A stretch of 22,920 bases of DNA from an uncultured Nitrososphaeraceae archaeon (GTDB taxonomy: Archaea; Thermoproteota; Nitrososphaeria; Nitrososphaerales; Nitrososphaeraceae): positions 1-22,920 of the forward strand of contig CAVXZB010000008.1 of assembly GCA_963765895.1 (NCBI GenBank). The letters are read 5' to 3'. The notes beneath the pieces are model-generated. The model saw only the letters and a program-made list of their open reading frames with translations. It was not told where the DNA came from and made no database searches. Positions 19,339 to 22,920 of this stretch are shown piece after piece. The translations under genes were made by a program, and so were the position numbers. The stretch's first letter is position 1, and each line of letters starts with the position of its first letter.

Positions 19339-19761
19339 TTATTCCTCCTCTTTGTGTTTGTGTTCGTGTGAAGCTCCTCTACCTGTGAGAGTACCTGTGT
19401 AATCTCCAGTGACTTCCATTACATCGTCAGAATTACATATTTCCTTAAGGGCCTCCAAAGTTAGTCTCTGATTTGTTACATAATGAGTGCCTTTATCATA
19501 GATAGCGGGAACCATTCCTGTTCTTTCAAATATCCTGTCCTTCATGACCTCAGAATCTGTTTCAGGTCTTGTAAATATCTCAACCATATAAAACGGTGCA
19601 CGTTCGGATTTCTCGTGTTCTCGCACAAGCAAATCATGAATCAGTATCGGATCGACTTTAGGGAGGTAAGTTTCATAAAGGGTTTGAAGTCCCCTAAAAA
19701 CCAATCTCATTTCTTGGAGTTCGGAAGTTCTATCGCCACTACTGGTAGATGCAGAAGACAT
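19339..19761 (-). CDS. Hypothetical protein of a Nitrososphaeraceae-type family
   Basis: 140-aa ORF (YLPKVDP.LIHDLL...PFYMVEIFT...TGMVPAIYDKGTHYVTN) with a canonical promoter upstream. Confidence 0.85.
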   Translation of the reverse strand: MSSASTSSGDRTSELQEMRLVFRGLQTLYETYLPKVDPILIHDLLVREHEKSERAPFYMVEIFTRPETDSEVMKDRIFERTGMVPAIYDKGTHYVTNQRLTLEALKEICNSDDVMEVTGDYTGTLTGRGASHEHKHKEEE

Positions 19762-19785
19762 TTATGTGGATTTATCAAGATTTAG

Positions 19786-19800
19786 TATATAAAAGATTTC
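19786..19800 (-). promoter_or_regulatory. BRE-TATA promoter of the 19339-19761 gene
   Basis: The minus strand reads GAAATC-TTTTATATA about 25 bp upstream of the ATG. Confidence 0.65.
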
Positions 19801-20113
19801 TACAAGTTGTTACATTAATACGTCGGTCCATTTCCTCTTGGTTACATAATCAAGTCCAAATCGAAAATATGAGGATGTAATATTGCTCACTTTTACCCCT
19901 GATCATAAATTTGATTAATGAAAAGTGAGCCTATCGTGACTAATTACTTACCTCGATATTGGAAAGACATGTCATGGTAGATTATATTTGTAGTAAATAT
20001 TTAGAACTCTGTAAAACCTCCTTATAGCTTAAATCGTCTTGAATTTGTCAAATTATAATAAGAATATAGATAAATGAATAAAAAATAATAAAAAGATAAA
20101 AGGCCCTACAAAC

Positions 20114-20921
20114 TTAACTTGTCTTTGATTGTAAGAAACCTAATTTTACGGCAGTTCTATGTAATATTGTATCAAATTTACCTGATTTTTGTACATAGAC
20201 GTATAGATCAATATCATTTCCACTACTTGTACCAGTTTGTTTTATTATGTTGCTATCAGCAGCATGATATCCAAGTGTGCTGAAATGTTTATCAAAATAT
20301 GCCTTGTCTCCTGCTGGAACTACGAACAATCCTGCGGTTGGCATTGTTGAATTGGTAGATCCATTATCGGGAGCATTTTGTGGGCTTACGACATCAATCG
20401 TTCCTGGAGTCGAAGATGGAGACATTGGATCTGAAAATGTATATTTTCCTATCGTATCAAATGTAAACTGTGTCCCATTTTTTGTACGGAATTGTCTGAT
20501 TAGAAAACGCAGATTGGCCATTACTATTCTTAACTGTCACACCATGATTTCCTGCTGGATCGCCATTAACCCAGATAACATTTGTACCTTGAACTATACT
20601 TGCACCCAGAGGAAGAAAAGTCTGATCTACAAGTTTCTTGTTCGGAACCAAAATAACTAAATTCTTAACGTCGGCATCAGTCTGTATGTTATTTGAGTCA
20701 GAAATGGTCTTGGCATTAAATCCAGGAGATCCAGTTCCACCAGTCGTTCCACCAGTCGTTCCGGTAGATGGTTTTTCTGGCTGCGTCCCAGGGAATACTG
20801 AAACCTGTGCATTAGCTGATTGGAAAGTATGCGATCCTGACTTTCCGTCTATTCCTACTATAACTAACAAAATAGCTAACGAAAATGTAGTTACAGCTAT
20901 CGTAGTTGCTATCAATTTCAT
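20114..20921 (-). CDS. Secreted protein with a cupredoxin-like domain, split by a +1 frameshift at 20478-20483
   Basis: Signal peptide, G/T-rich linker, GTNVIWVNGD..NHGVTV...IPYK/NGTQFTFDTIGKYTF...GTIDV. Removing one A from the A6 run gives 268 aa. Confidence 0.7.
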
Positions 20922-21588
20922 AACAACTTGTTTTATTTTTATGATATTTAAATTAAATTGTGTTTGTAGTTGTTGACCCCTGAATCATATTGATATAATA
21001 CATCTATTACTAATCTGGACCTACAGGTTAGACCTAGATATACTACAATATGTTTTAGAATAGTTATTATATGCATACATTTGTAAAAGATTTTGTAGTA
21101 ATTTTACCATGTATCTCTAATTCTTTGTCAAGAAAAATAAAGTCAAAATCTGGAGAGACATTCCTGATTATATATCAAACCCAAAATCTGTTTTTATTAT
21201 TAGTTGTTGTTATTTTGAATATTTTCAAGCATAAAGGATGACGAAGTTATTTATTATGTATTAGCATATCAGGCATTTTTAATCTTTTTTCATCTTTTTC
21301 GAATCCTTATTAATATCCTGTTATTAAAGAGATAAAACCTACACCTTATCCACAGTAATTTTTTGGTAAATATAGGACTGGTCACAATCAATCTCCTGTC
21401 CATTCTGTTGCTTTTAAGAAAAATATTTTAAACCAACCGGCAATATGGAAAGCTAAGCAGTTAAGCTAATAAGAAAAGTTTGATTCGATTTAATTTTTAA
21501 TCTACATAGTGAATTATTTGTTTTTTACTCTAGCACAATTAATAGCCTGTATAGCATGACGACTTGATACAGTAGTAGTTGTAGTAGG

Positions 21589-21614
21589 AATGAATCAATG
21601 AATCAATGAATCAA
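21589..21614. repeat. Short tandem repeat (AATGAATC)x3
   Basis: AATGAATCAATGAATCAATGAATCAA read directly from the sequence. Confidence 0.85.
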
Positions 21615-21734
21615 CTAGGCAGTTCGACATAAACTTGATCTAGAACTGATCGGACTCCTATTGGCTTGTGTTGACAAGGTTCCATCGATATAATTTTTAT
21701 TAATATGTGTAATAAATAATATATAATATAAAAT

Positions 21735-22892
21735 ATGAAATTTGTAATAATTATGATTTTTATGATTGAAATTAGCGTTATTATGCCAACATTTTGCTCT
21801 GCATATTTACCAATATTTGCTGATGGTTCCGGGAGTTCAATATTTAATATCATTGCGAATAGAAATGATATTTCTCTGTATCCTCTGTTTAGCCAACTGA
21901 GCAGATCTGTTGTTCAGGTTGTAAGTATAAACCCATCCACTACTAATCTTCCATCTCAAAACACAACAACTGAAGTAGCCGCAGGATTTGCCTATGATAC
22001 TTTGGGTCATATAGTTACCGCCAATCATGTTTTAGGTGGAGCAAACGAGGTAACTGTTATTTTTGAGAATGGCGATACGCATAATGCCACTGTTATAGGA
22101 AGGGATACTTATACAGACATTGCTGTACTCCGTGTTGCTGATCTATTTGGGAGTTATGGTACTGAAAGAGCTAATGAGTTACTTGTGCCAGTAATCTTGG
22201 CAAATTCATCCAGAGTAAAGATAGGAGACTACGTTACAACCATTGGTTATCCCTTTGCATCGAAAGTAGCTATGACATCAGGAATAGTGAGTCAAACCGA
22301 TTTCCTTTTATCTTTTTCTTCGCTAGGATACTTAGTTCCAGATACGATTGAAACTGATGTTGCAGTTAATCCTGGTAATTCCGGAAGTCCTTTGATTGAT
22401 ATAAATGGTGAAGTAGTGGGATTAATTTATGGTAGACTAAATCCCACCACGGCTCCTTTAGGGCAGTTTTCTGGGCTGAGTGTAGCTATACCATCTAATG
22501 CAATAAAGAAAATTGTGCCATCACTTATTCACAATGGAACATACATTCACCCAGACGTCGGAATTATAGGATCTACTCTTACTGTGGATTTAGCAAAACA
22601 TTTTCAAAATATTCCAGATAACTTGAAAGGGGTGGTAATAAATTCAATATTGCGAGGAGGAACGGCGGATAAAGCGGGTATAAATGCTGCAACTACGGAC
22701 AAATATGGTCAAAGACAGCTAGGTGATATAATAACTTCTTTAGATGGACATAAAATTCCTGATATTGAAAGTTTTCTTTCATACATTCAAGAACATAAAA
22801 GAGTAGGCGAAATAATTTCTTTTATTGTTTATAGAGATGGAAACTACATGAATCTGAATGCAACTTTACAAGCTGTAAACCAGATACAGTAA
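21735..22892 (+). CDS. HtrA/DegP-like trypsin serine protease with PDZ domain (S1C)
   Basis: Catalytic triad VTANHV, TDIAVL and NPGNSGSPL, a C-terminal PDZ domain (ADKAGI...GDIITSLDG) and an N-terminal hydrophobic segment. Confidence 0.93.
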   Translation: MKFVIIMIFMIEISVIMPTFCSAYLPIFADGSGSSIFNIIANRNDISLYPLFSQLSRSVVQVVSINPSTTNLPSQNTTTEVAAGFAYDTLGHIVTANHVLGGANEVTVIFENGDTHNATVIGRDTYTDIAVLRVADLFGSYGTERANELLVPVILANSSRVKIGDYVTTIGYPFASKVAMTSGIVSQTDFLLSFSSLGYLVPDTIETDVAVNPGNSGSPLIDINGEVVGLIYGRLNPTTAPLGQFSGLSVAIPSNAIKKIVPSLIHNGTYIHPDVGIIGSTLTVDLAKHFQNIPDNLKGVVINSILRGGTADKAGINAATTDKYGQRQLGDIITSLDGHKIPDIESFLSYIQEHKRVGEIISFIVYRDGNYMNLNATLQAVNQIQ

Positions 22893-22920
22893 ATCACTAG
22901 ATTGGGAATGCATTAAGCAC

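Noticed and set aside
1107-22028. Antisense or shadow ORFs (1107-1298, 1419-1721, 4952-5260, 5488-5727, 5909-6109, 7659-7934, 8823-9032, 9559-9741, 14186-14530, 14646-14837, 15468-15701, 17560-17793, 18106-18327, 19483-19785, 20277-20660, 20638-20976, 21611-21853, 21837-22028)
   Set aside because: They overlap better-supported genes or IS sequence and show no motifs.

Overview
AT-rich archaeal DNA whose gene content points to a soil Nitrososphaeraceae (Thaumarchaeota) genome: ESCRT-III/CdvB, UPF0201, PQQ/GSDH, HtrA, and TATA boxes about 25 bp upstream of apparently leaderless starts. The left end is an envelope-stress locus with htpX, a PspAA-type gene, a decayed pspA visible only by manual translation, and an ESCRT-III gene. 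The most notable module spans 4.9-9.3 kb. It is a minus-strand operon of a Cas4/Dna2-like Fe-S PD-(D/E)xK nuclease with an atypical active site, an Upf1/Dna2-type SF1B helicase and a small basic ORF. It is transcribed divergently from an HFX_2341/Csa3-like (CARF-like + wHTH) regulator and lies next to an integrase remnant and a decayed IS5, so it is a candidate ligand-regulated split-Dna2 defence or repair system. Five otherwise intact genes each carry one extra base. Four of these breaks sit at a GTAC and two share CAGTACCCTGA, which suggests either a methylation-linked sequencing artefact or +1 CCC-UGA recoding. The rest is accessory DNA: an IS903-like IS5 with a 9-bp TSD, IS1031-like remnants, a 3x53-bp tandem repeat in a pseudogene, and several enzyme and hypothetical genes. 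All family assignments come from motif recognition and recall, not database searches.
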